From the NCBI GenBank assembly GCA_016184305.1, contig JACPCX010000024.1, positions 1-17,629 of the forward strand: a stretch of DNA of 17,629 nucleotides, given 5' to 3'. Below the pieces are notes generated by a model that did no database searches, was not told the DNA's origin, and was given only the letters and a program-made list of their open reading frames with translations. How positions within the stretch are numbered: position 1 is the stretch's first letter; every line of letters begins with the position of its first letter. The position numbers and the translations under genes were made by a program. Source of the stretch: Candidatus Rokuibacteriota bacterium (GTDB taxonomy: Bacteria; Methylomirabilota; Methylomirabilia; Rokubacteriales; CSP1-6). This document shows, piece after piece, positions 11,112 to 17,629 of this stretch.

Positions 11112-12128
11112 ATGATCGCCCTGCACGAGCCACCGGCCGACGACTCGCGGATCCGCCTCAGGGCGGGCGTCATCTCCCTCGTGGTGTCGGCGGTGCTCCT
11201 CGGCGCCAAGTACGAGGCCTACCGGCTCACCGGCTCCACGGCCATCCTGTCGGACGCGCTGGAGTCCATTGTCAACGTGGTGGCGGCGGTCTTTGCCGTG
11301 GGCGGCCTCATCTTCGCCGCTCATCCAGCCGACCGCAATCATCCCTACGGGCACGGGAAGGTCGAGTTCTTCTCGGCGGCCTTCGAGGGCGGCCTCATCG
11401 CCTTCGCCGCCGTCGTCATCGTCTACGAGGTCGCGCTGAGCCTGATCCGTGGCCCCGAGGTGCGCCAGCTGGGCCAGGGCGTCCTGATCATCGCTGCCGC
11501 CAGCCTGGCGAACCTCGCCCTCGGCCTGTTCCTCGTCGGCACGGGTCGCCGTTACCAGTCGCTGACCCTCGTGGCCGACGGGCAGCACGTGCTCTCGGAT
11601 GTCTGGACCAGCGCCGGCATCATCGTGGGCCTGCTCCTCGTCCGGCTGACGGGGCTCGTCTGGCTCGATCCGCTGGCGGCCGCGGTGGTCGCGCTCAACC
11701 TCATGTGGACCGGCTACCGCCTGGTGCGCCACGCCGCGGGCGGTCTCCTCGACGAAGAGGACACCGACCTGCTGAACCGGCTGCTGGAGGTGCTGCGCTC
11801 CCACGTGGGGCAGGGCGTGATCCGTGTCCATCATCTCCGCGCCATCCGCGCGGGGCGTTTCCACCACGTGGACGCCCATCTCGTCGTGCCGGAGTTCTGG
11901 TCCGTGGACCGGGCCCACGATCTGGCCGAGTCGCTGGCGGACACGGTGATCCGGCAGCTCGGCGTGGAGGGCGAGTTCGCCTTCCACACCGATCCCTGCC
12001 ACCGGATCTACTGCGCCATGTGCGACCTCGACGAGTGCCCCGTCCGCCGCGAGCCCTTCCGGGACCGGCCGCGCCTCACGCTGGAGGAAGCGGTCCATCC
12101 CGACATGCCTCACCCGTCCATCGCCTGA
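11112..12128 (+). CDS. Cation diffusion facilitator (CDF, FieF-like) metal transporter
   Basis: 338 aa with CDF signature TGSTAILSDALESIVN, PADRNHPYGHGKVEF and LVADGQHVLSDVWTS; C-terminal domain with HHLR, VDAHL and HTDP plus a four-Cys tail. Confidence 0.92.
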   Translation: MIALHEPPADDSRIRLRAGVISLVVSAVLLGAKYEAYRLTGSTAILSDALESIVNVVAAVFAVGGLIFAAHPADRNHPYGHGKVEFFSAAFEGGLIAFAAVVIVYEVALSLIRGPEVRQLGQGVLIIAAASLANLALGLFLVGTGRRYQSLTLVADGQHVLSDVWTSAGIIVGLLLVRLTGLVWLDPLAAAVVALNLMWTGYRLVRHAAGGLLDEEDTDLLNRLLEVLRSHVGQGVIRVHHLRAIRAGRFHHVDAHLVVPEFWSVDRAHDLAESLADTVIRQLGVEGEFAFHTDPCHRIYCAMCDLDECPVRREPFRDRPRLTLEEAVHPDMPHPSIA

Positions 12129-12234
12129 CGCCGCCCGCCCGCGGGGGGCATGGCGCCTGGACGTCAAGACGGGACCGGAGCGGGCCGGCTGACACTCCGG
12201 GATGACTCAGCAACACACTGATAAACAAGCCAAG

Positions 12235-12263
12235 TTGACAAATCGCCACTGGATGGCGAAAAT
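12235..12263 (+). promoter_or_regulatory. Sigma-70 promoter with operator-like inverted repeat upstream of the ATPase
   Basis: TTGACA (12235-12240), 17-nt spacer, GAAAAT (12258-12263), then 6 nt to the ATG. Inverted repeat TCGCCA-ctgga-TGGCGA at 12243-12259. Confidence 0.6.
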
Positions 12264-12269
12264 CTCGCC

Positions 12270-13643
12270 ATGCTGCGGCGAAACATCTCTGATCACGTTC
12301 GCGAGGCTCTCCTGGACCGTCCTGTCGTCCTCGTCAACGGGGCCCGGCAGACGGGCAAGACGACCCTCGTGCAGTCGCTCGTGGCCGCCGGCCATCAGGC
12401 CACCTACGTGAGCCTGGACGAGGCCCCGGCGCACGCGGCCGCGTACACCGATCCGGCAGGATTTCTCTCCCGGTTCGAGGGCCCGGTGATCCTGGACGAG
12501 ATCCAGAGGGCCCCGGAGCTGTTCCTCGCGATCAAGGTGCAGGTGGACCGCGCGCGCATCCCGGGGCGCTTTCTCCTGACGGGATCGTCCGACATCCTGC
12601 TCCTGCCGCGCCTGGCCGATGCCCTGCCGGGCCGCATGGAGATCCTGACGCTGTGGCCTCTCTCGCAGGGCGAGATCGAGGGCGTTCGCGAGGGGCTGAT
12701 CGACGTCCTGTTCTCCGATCACATGCCAGCCCTGCCCCGCGGCCGAGCGGTGGGGGCGGAGCTGTGGGAGCGCCTCGTCCGCGGAGGATTGCCGGAGGCG
12801 CAAGCGCTGGTCGAGCCGCGCCGGCGCGAGGCCTGGTTCGGCTCCTACCTCACGACGATCCTCCAGCGCGATGTCCGCGACGTCTCCAACGTCGCCGGGC
12901 TCACCGAGCTTCCACGCCTGCTGGCCTTGCTCGCCGCCCGAGGAGGCACCCTGCTGAACGCCGCGGAGGTATCCAGCAGCAGCGGCCTGCCCTGGAACAC
13001 GCTCAGGCGCTACATGGCGCTGCTGCAGGGCGCTTTCCTCGTCCAGACCGTTCCCGCATGGTCCGGAGGGCAGGGGGTACGACTGCTCAAGCGTCCGAAG
13101 CTGCTGGTCGTGGATTCCGGCCTCATGGCGTTTCTTCTCGGGGTCGGTGCGGAGCGGCTCGCCGTGGACCAGGGCCCCCTCGGCGGCCTGCTCGAGAACT
13201 TCGTGATCATGGAGTTGTGGAAGCAGGCCACCTGGAGCCGGACCCGGCCCGCGTTCTCTCACTTCCGCACCTCGGGCCAGCAGGAAGTGGACCTCGTGCT
13301 CGAGGACCGGCGGGGCCGGGTCGTGGGCGTCGAGGTGAAACGGTCGGCGACCGTGGGGCCCGGCGACTTCCAGGGGCTCAGGGCCCTGGCCACCGCGGCC
13401 GGGGCGAGGTTCTGGCGGGGTGTCGTGCTGTACGGCGGGGAAATGGCCCTCCCCTTCGGCGGGCGGTTCCACGCGGTGCCCATCGAGGCCGTGTGGCGGA
13501 CGGGGGCGCCGACGGAGCCCGGCAGGGCAGGCGAGGCTGCACCGGAGGAGCCCTACCGGCTTCAGGCGCCGCGCGCGAAGCGCCCGCGCCAAGTCAGCCG
13601 AGCAGGCGGGCGAGGCAGGCCTCGAGCTGGCAGCGGCGCGTGA
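12270..13643 (+). CDS. AAA_14 ATPase with C-terminal DUF4143 / PD-(D/E)xK-like domain
   Basis: Walker A GARQTGKT, Walker B VILDEIQ, FLLTGS, LADALPGR, GGLP, KRPKLLVVDSG, LLENFV and nuclease-like EVDLVLE...VGVEVK, followed by a low-complexity tail after EAVW. Confidence 0.92.
   Translation: MLRRNISDHVREALLDRPVVLVNGARQTGKTTLVQSLVAAGHQATYVSLDEAPAHAAAYTDPAGFLSRFEGPVILDEIQRAPELFLAIKVQVDRARIPGRFLLTGSSDILLLPRLADALPGRMEILTLWPLSQGEIEGVREGLIDVLFSDHMPALPRGRAVGAELWERLVRGGLPEAQALVEPRRREAWFGSYLTTILQRDVRDVSNVAGLTELPRLLALLAARGGTLLNAAEVSSSSGLPWNTLRRYMALLQGAFLVQTVPAWSGGQGVRLLKRPKLLVVDSGLMAFLLGVGAERLAVDQGPLGGLLENFVIMELWKQATWSRTRPAFSHFRTSGQQEVDLVLEDRRGRVVGVEVKRSATVGPGDFQGLRALATAAGARFWRGVVLYGGEMALPFGGRFHAVPIEAVWRTGAPTEPGRAGEAAPEEPYRLQAPRAKRPRQVSRAGGRGRPRAGSGA
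13594..13639. repeat. Direct repeat copy 1 (orphan copy of the nagZ 3' end)
   Basis: tcagccgagcaggcgggcgaggcaggcCtcgagctggcagcggcgc is 45/46 identical to 14353-14398. The minus strand reads RRCQLEACLARLLG*. Confidence 0.95.
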
Positions 13644-13700
13644 CTGGTGATCCGGGCTGAAGAAGCGGAGCGCGTTGTGATCATACGCGGGGCCCGCGAG

Positions 13701-13737
13701 CCGTGTATTGACATTGTACGGTCTTCTCATGGACACT
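13701..13737 (+). promoter_or_regulatory. Putative promoter/operator of the TA pair
   Basis: TTGACA at 13708-13713 is flanked by TGTA repeats (13704 and 13715) inside an imperfect palindrome CCGTGTA...TGTACGG. A weak -10, GACACT, sits at 13732-13737. Confidence 0.5.
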
Positions 13738-13753
13738 GTCGTCGGGCGCCGTG

Positions 13754-14035
13754 ATGCCCTGGATCCAGGGATTCCTGTGGGACGACGAGAACGTGGGGCA
13801 CATCGGCCGGCACGGGGTCTCTCCGGACGAAGTCGAGGAGGCGCTCTCCGGCAACCCCCTGGTGCCGCGCGGCCGGGATGGGCGTTACCTCGCGTACGGA
13901 CCGAGCCTCGCAGGGCGCTACCTCTTCGCCGTGTATGTGTCGCGCAGAGGGGCCACAGTGAGGGTCCTCACGGCGCGGGACGTGACGGAGAGAGAGAAGC
14001 GGCTCTATCAGGCCAGGCGGAAGGGAAGGCGATGA
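13754..14035 (+). CDS. brnT: BrnT-family (RelE-like) ribonuclease toxin
   Basis: 93 aa with F.WD..N..H...HGVS..E.EE (FLWDDENVGHIGRHGVSPDEVEEAL), GRYLFAVY and RVLTARDVTEREKRLY. ATGA overlap with the downstream antitoxin. Confidence 0.88.
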   Translation: MPWIQGFLWDDENVGHIGRHGVSPDEVEEALSGNPLVPRGRDGRYLAYGPSLAGRYLFAVYVSRRGATVRVLTARDVTEREKRLYQARRKGRR

Positions 14036-14328
14036 AGACCAAGCGAGACGTTCCGAAGTTCAAGGACGACCGGGAGGCGGCCGAGTTCTGGGCGACCCAC
14101 GATTCGGCGCCGTATGCAGGCGCGCTGCGCGAGGTTGCTGTCAAGGCGTCGCCAGGCCTGCGGCGCCACGTGGCCGAGAGGGGCGAGCTGAAGAAGCCGG
14201 TCACCTTGCGCCTGGAGCCCCAGCAGATTGCTGCCGCCAAGCAGGTGGCCAGACGCAAGAGCGTCCCGTACCAGACCCTGCTCAGGATGTGGATCGCGGA
14301 GGGCTTGACGAAGGAGCGCGTGGGATAG
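14032..14328 (+). CDS. CopG/BrnA-type antitoxin with C-terminal ribbon-helix-helix (98 aa)
   Basis: VPKFKDDREAAEFWATHD N-terminal motif and RHH KKPVTLRLEPQQIAAAKQVARRKSVPYQTLLRMWIAE. ATG 14032 is coupled to the toxin stop, with a GGAAGG RBS. Confidence 0.9.
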   Translation: MKTKRDVPKFKDDREAAEFWATHDSAPYAGALREVAVKASPGLRRHVAERGELKKPVTLRLEPQQIAAAKQVARRKSVPYQTLLRMWIAEGLTKERVG

Positions 14329-14352
14329 TGGAGCGGCTTGCCGGGCCGGCCC

Positions 14353-14398
14353 TCAGCCGAGCAGGCGGGCGAGGCAGGCGTCGAGCTGGCAGCGGCGC
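14353..14398. repeat. Direct repeat copy 2 (current nagZ 3' end including stop)
   Basis: tcagccgagcaggcgggcgaggcaggcGtcgagctggcagcggcgc; the minus strand reads RRCQLDACLARLLG*. Confidence 0.95.
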
Positions 14399-15867
14399 CA
14401 GCCGTAGGCGGTGATGCCGCCGACGACGGGGGCGAGGTACTCGGCGTCCCAGGGATCGCGCATGACCACCACGCCGAGCGCGGGCGCCGCCCGCTGGAGC
14501 GCCTCGAGCAGCGCGCGGTTCGACGGGTAGAGGTGGGCGTCGTAGAGGAAGAGGATCGTCGCGCTGGCCCGCCGCGCCGCGCCGGTCGCGCGCGCGATCT
14601 CGTTCTCACCGGGCTCGACGCCCACCACGTGCACGTCGGCCTCGATCCCGTAGGGCGCCATCGCCCGGAGCACGTACGCGGGCTCGTCCAGCATGGCGGG
14701 CTCGACGGTGATCCGGTCGGCCAGTGACGACAGCCGCGGGAACACAGCCACCACCGTCCCGTTGAGACGCTGGCGCCAGGCGGCCGGCGGCGGGGCGATG
14801 GTCGTGACGGCGCGGGTCGCCAGCGCGCGGGCCAGCGTCTCCCCGTCACGCTCGGCGCGGGGTGGCCCGCCCTCGAAGCGCGCCGCGCGCCTCGCCACGA
14901 GCGCCTCGATCCTGGCCGCGCTCGCCTCGAGCCCCGCGCGCGGCAGGGCGCCCGAGCGATACGCCTCGAGGAGCCCGGCATGGGCCTGGCGCTGCGCCGC
15001 CTCCGTGTGGCAGACGAGCAACAGGTCGTGCCCGGCCGCCGCAGCGCGCACCGCGGCCTCGCCGATCGGACACAGCTCGCCGATCGCTCCCATCTCGAGG
15101 TCGTCGGACACGATCACGCCCTGATAGCCCAGGTCCCGCCGCAGGTACTCCTCGACGATGAGCCGCGAGAAGGTGGCCGGCGTGCGCGGCGCGGGGTCGA
15201 GGCGCGGGTAGAGCGGGTGCGAGGTCATGATGCAGTCCACGCCGGACTCGATGGCGGCCAGGAACGGCGGCAGGTGCCGGCGCTGCATCTCGCTCCAGTC
15301 GGAGTCGATCACGGGCAGGCGCAGGTGCGCATCCACCGGCGCATGCCCCTTGCCCGGGAAATGCTTGGCGCAGGCCGAGAGCCCCGCCCGCTGCATGCCG
15401 CGGATCCGCGCCACGCCGAAGCGCGCGACCGACCCGGTGTCCTTGCCGTAGGAGCGGATGCCGATGTTGGGGCTGTAGGCGTCGGTGAGCACGTCCAGGA
15501 CCGGCGCGAAGTTGATGTCCACGCCGAGCCGTCGCAGCTCCCGCCCCTCGAAGAGCCCCTGGCGCTGGGCGAAAGCCGCCTCGCCGGCCGTCGCGACGGC
15601 GAGGCTGTCGGGGAAGATCGTGACGGCTCGGTTGAGCATGATGATGCGGCCGCCCTCGTGATCGGTGCCGACCAGGAGTCGCCGGCCGAGGGCCTCCTCG
15701 AGCCCCGTGAGGAGCGCGCCCAGCCGCTCGGGGGTCTCGAAGTTCCGCCGGTACAGGATGAGCCCGCCCGCGCCGGTATCACGGAAGAGGCGGATGTCCG
15801 CGTCCGTGAGATCGGGCCCGGGCAGCCCGAACATGAGCCGGCGGCCGACGAGCGCCTCGAGGGTCAC
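14353..15867 (-). CDS. nagZ: GH3 beta-N-acetylhexosaminidase, two-domain type
   Basis: GGLILYRRN, DHEGG, INFAPVLDV, IGIRSYG, KHFPGKG-x4-DAH and nucleophile motif IVSDDLEMGA, plus a C-terminal domain with RDPWD. Start taken as GTG 15867, overlapping the MFS stop (GTGA); 15891 is an alternative. Confidence 0.92.
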   Translation of the reverse strand: MTLEALVGRRLMFGLPGPDLTDADIRLFRDTGAGGLILYRRNFETPERLGALLTGLEEALGRRLLVGTDHEGGRIIMLNRAVTIFPDSLAVATAGEAAFAQRQGLFEGRELRRLGVDINFAPVLDVLTDAYSPNIGIRSYGKDTGSVARFGVARIRGMQRAGLSACAKHFPGKGHAPVDAHLRLPVIDSDWSEMQRRHLPPFLAAIESGVDCIMTSHPLYPRLDPAPRTPATFSRLIVEEYLRRDLGYQGVIVSDDLEMGAIGELCPIGEAAVRAAAAGHDLLLVCHTEAAQRQAHAGLLEAYRSGALPRAGLEASAARIEALVARRAARFEGGPPRAERDGETLARALATRAVTTIAPPPAAWRQRLNGTVVAVFPRLSSLADRITVEPAMLDEPAYVLRAMAPYGIEADVHVVGVEPGENEIARATGAARRASATILFLYDAHLYPSNRALLEALQRAAPALGVVVMRDPWDAEYLAPVVGGITAYGWRRCQLDACLARLLG

Positions 15868-17009
15868 GGCCGGATTGTCCGCCGGGGCCACGCGACGTAG
15901 AGCCCCACCAGGGCGAGCCCGCCGCCGCAGAGCGCCCAGAGGAGATCCTCGAGCCCCGCGTCGATCAGCCGGCCGAGAACCGCCGTGCCAAGGGCCACGC
16001 CCGAGAAGAGGAAGAAGGCGAAGAGGGAGAAGGCCTTGCCGCGCGCCGCGGGGTTGATCTCGGTGCCGCGGAGCTGCAGTGTCGTGTGCAGGGCCATGTA
16101 GCCGAAGCCCAGCATGAGCATGGCCGCGGCGAAGACCGGCCAGGGCCAGCGGGGAATGTGGGCGAGGAAGGCCGCGCCCATGACGAGGCCACCCCAGCCG
16201 GCGAGAGCGCCCTCGGAGAGGACGCGGTTGAGCCTCGGCACCAGCAACCCCCCGGTCATTGTCCCGATGCCGAAGAGCGCGAGGAGCAGCCCCACCTGCA
16301 GCTGATCGAGCCCGTGCCGGCGCGCCGCGAAGGCGCCGAGATAGGTAAAGCCGCCCCAGAGGAGGAAGGCCTCGACGGCCACGGCGATGTAGACGGGGAT
16401 CGCGCGCCGGTCCGTCAGGAGGTCCACGAAGCCGGTGGCGGCGTCGTGCGCGTCGGGCGGGGACTCAGGGGGCGCCGAGTCCACCCGGAACATGAGGAGC
16501 CCGGGCAGAAGCGTGAGCACGCCGTAGCCCATGAACATCAACCGCCACGAGACGAAGTGGGCGACGATCCCGCCCACCGAGGCCGACAGCGCCTGAGCGG
16601 ATGACGTCGTCGCGGCGAGCCGGCCGATGGCCGTCTGGCGCTCGCCGTACTCGAACCGGTCGCCGATATAGGCCAGCGTGAGCGGGATGCTCGCCGCCGC
16701 GAAGGCGCCGGTGAGCAGGCGCAGGGCGACGAACTGGGGCAGGGTGGCGGCGAGCCCCGACAGCGTCGTGCAGACGCAGAAGAGGAGCGCGGCGACCCTG
16801 ACCACCGCGACACGCCCGTAGCGGTCGGACAGCGGGCCGTACACGAGCTGGCCCGCGCCGTACGCGAACGCGTAGGTCGTCATGGCCAGCCCAGCGGCGC
16901 CCGGCGTTGCGGCCAGCGAGTCGGAGATGGATGGCAGGAGCGGCGCGATGATCCGGTTGTCCACCGCCATGACGAACGACAGCACGAACAGGAAAACCAG
17001 CGGCGTCAC
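15864..17009 (-). CDS. Major facilitator superfamily transporter (381 aa)
   Basis: Motif A GPLSDRYGR, LRLLTG and about 12 hydrophobic segments. GTG 17009 overlaps the namZ stop (GTGA). The track's 564-aa extension is an alternate frame of namZ. Confidence 0.9.
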   Translation of the reverse strand: MTPLVFLFVLSFVMAVDNRIIAPLLPSISDSLAATPGAAGLAMTTYAFAYGAGQLVYGPLSDRYGRVAVVRVAALLFCVCTTLSGLAATLPQFVALRLLTGAFAAASIPLTLAYIGDRFEYGERQTAIGRLAATTSSAQALSASVGGIVAHFVSWRLMFMGYGVLTLLPGLLMFRVDSAPPESPPDAHDAATGFVDLLTDRRAIPVYIAVAVEAFLLWGGFTYLGAFAARRHGLDQLQVGLLLALFGIGTMTGGLLVPRLNRVLSEGALAGWGGLVMGAAFLAHIPRWPWPVFAAAMLMLGFGYMALHTTLQLRGTEINPAARGKAFSLFAFFLFSGVALGTAVLGRLIDAGLEDLLWALCGGGLALVGLYVAWPRRTIRP

Positions 17010-17629
17010 GAGTAGAGCAGGAACCGGCGCCGGGCGCGCGCGAAGCGCGCGAGCGCCGGGCGCCAGGAGGCTTCGAGCCGCGCGAAGGGGACGCCGCGCT
17101 CGATGGCGCGCCGGATCCCGCCGCTTCCACAGAGGAGATCGAACGGCAGGCGCCTGCGCTCGAACTCGTAGGGCGGCCGCCGCCAGCGGAAGTGGCCCGG
17201 GGCCTGGCGCCGCGCCTCCACGATCAGCGCCAGGTAGGTCGCGAAGGGACGGAAGCGCTCCGCGTCCGTGACGTGCACCTGCACCCCGCCGCAGCGCCGG
17301 CCCTTCCACTTGTGGAAGGTGGGCTCGAAGGGGGCGGCGGGGAAGCGCAACCCTGGCAGACCGCGCCGCTCGAGCGCCAGCGCCAGCCGCGGGCCGTCGA
17401 GAAAGGGGGCGCCCACCAGCTCGAATGGCCGCGTCGTCCCGCGTCCCTCGGAGAGATTGGTCCCCTCGATCAGGCAGCCGCCGGGATAGACGCGCGCCGT
17501 GTCCGGCGTGGGCATATTGGGCGAGGGCGAGACCCAGGGCAGCCCCGTGTCCTCCCACCGCATCGCGCGCCGCCAGCCCTGCATCGGCACCACGGTGAGG
17601 TCGCAGCCAAGGGCGTATGTCTCGTTCAG
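17006..17629 (-). CDS. namZ: DUF1343 family exo-beta-N-acetylmuramidase (NamZ/YbbC), C-terminal part; 5' end outside the window
   Basis: Frame open from 17629, with hallmark WEDTGLPWVSPSPNMPT...YPGGCLIEGTNLSEGRGTTRPFELVGAPF, FDLLCGS and C-terminal FLLY. Confidence 0.9.
   Translation of the reverse strand: MNETYALGCDLTVVPMQGWRRAMRWEDTGLPWVSPSPNMPTPDTARVYPGGCLIEGTNLSEGRGTTRPFELVGAPFLDGPRLALALERRGLPGLRFPAAPFEPTFHKWKGRRCGGVQVHVTDAERFRPFATYLALIVEARRQAPGHFRWRRPPYEFERRRLPFDLLCGSGGIRRAIERGVPFARLEASWRPALARFARARRRFLLYS

Larger units (their letters stand above)
13640..14398. mobile_element. Putative 759-bp TA cassette inserted at the nagZ 3' end (no integrase or transposase inside)
   Basis: Bounded by 46-bp direct repeats 759 bp apart and containing only a promoter, toxin and antitoxin. 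Mobility is inferred. Confidence 0.6.

Noticed and set aside
9645..12128. 827-aa ORF that looks like an SSS-CDF fusion
   Set aside because: The middle is off-frame Arg/Pro/Gly-rich sequence caused by the frameshift at about 10040. The true SSS continues in another frame, and the CDF has its own -10 box and ATG at 11112.
13671..13689. Imperfect palindrome cgcgttgtgatcatacgcg inside the TA cassette
   Set aside because: Short and bulged with no U-tract; it cannot be distinguished from chance or assigned as a terminator or recombination site.
12207..14981. ORFs 12207..13736 (-), 13968..14981 (-) and the 5' extension of 13708..14328
   Set aside because: Shadows of the ATPase, TA and nagZ genes. 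The antitoxin motif begins at ATG 14032, and the TTG at 13708 is the -35 box.

Overview
GC-rich bacterial chromosomal window. Gene style is compatible with Candidatus Rokubacteria/Methylomirabilota, but that is an unverified impression. Left to right on the minus strand: a membrane protein cut by the window edge; a B12-dependent acyl-CoA mutase pair carrying 2-hydroxyisobutyryl-CoA mutase (HcmA/HcmB) signature residues, with only a 64-codon stub of the CoA-ligase gene (hcl) between them; a hybrid PAS histidine kinase preceded by sigma-54-like and IHF-like sites; and a secreted amidohydrolase. Next come two small hypothetical genes, an internally deleted APC permease, a BadF/MurK-like sugar kinase divergent from a frameshifted sodium:solute symporter, a CDF metal transporter and an AAA_14/DUF4143 ATPase. 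The right end holds a BrnT/CopG-type toxin-antitoxin pair and the end of a namZ(DUF1343)-MFS-nagZ peptidoglycan-recycling operon. The most notable observations are (1) the TA pair lies between two 46-bp direct repeats (45/46 identical) of the nagZ 3' end, like a 759-bp integrase-less cassette; (2) the HCM operon has lost most of its ligase; (3) three separate deletion or frameshift lesions; and (4) many genes have a -10 box just before the start codon, suggesting leaderless mRNAs. Family calls come from motif recognition, not database searches.
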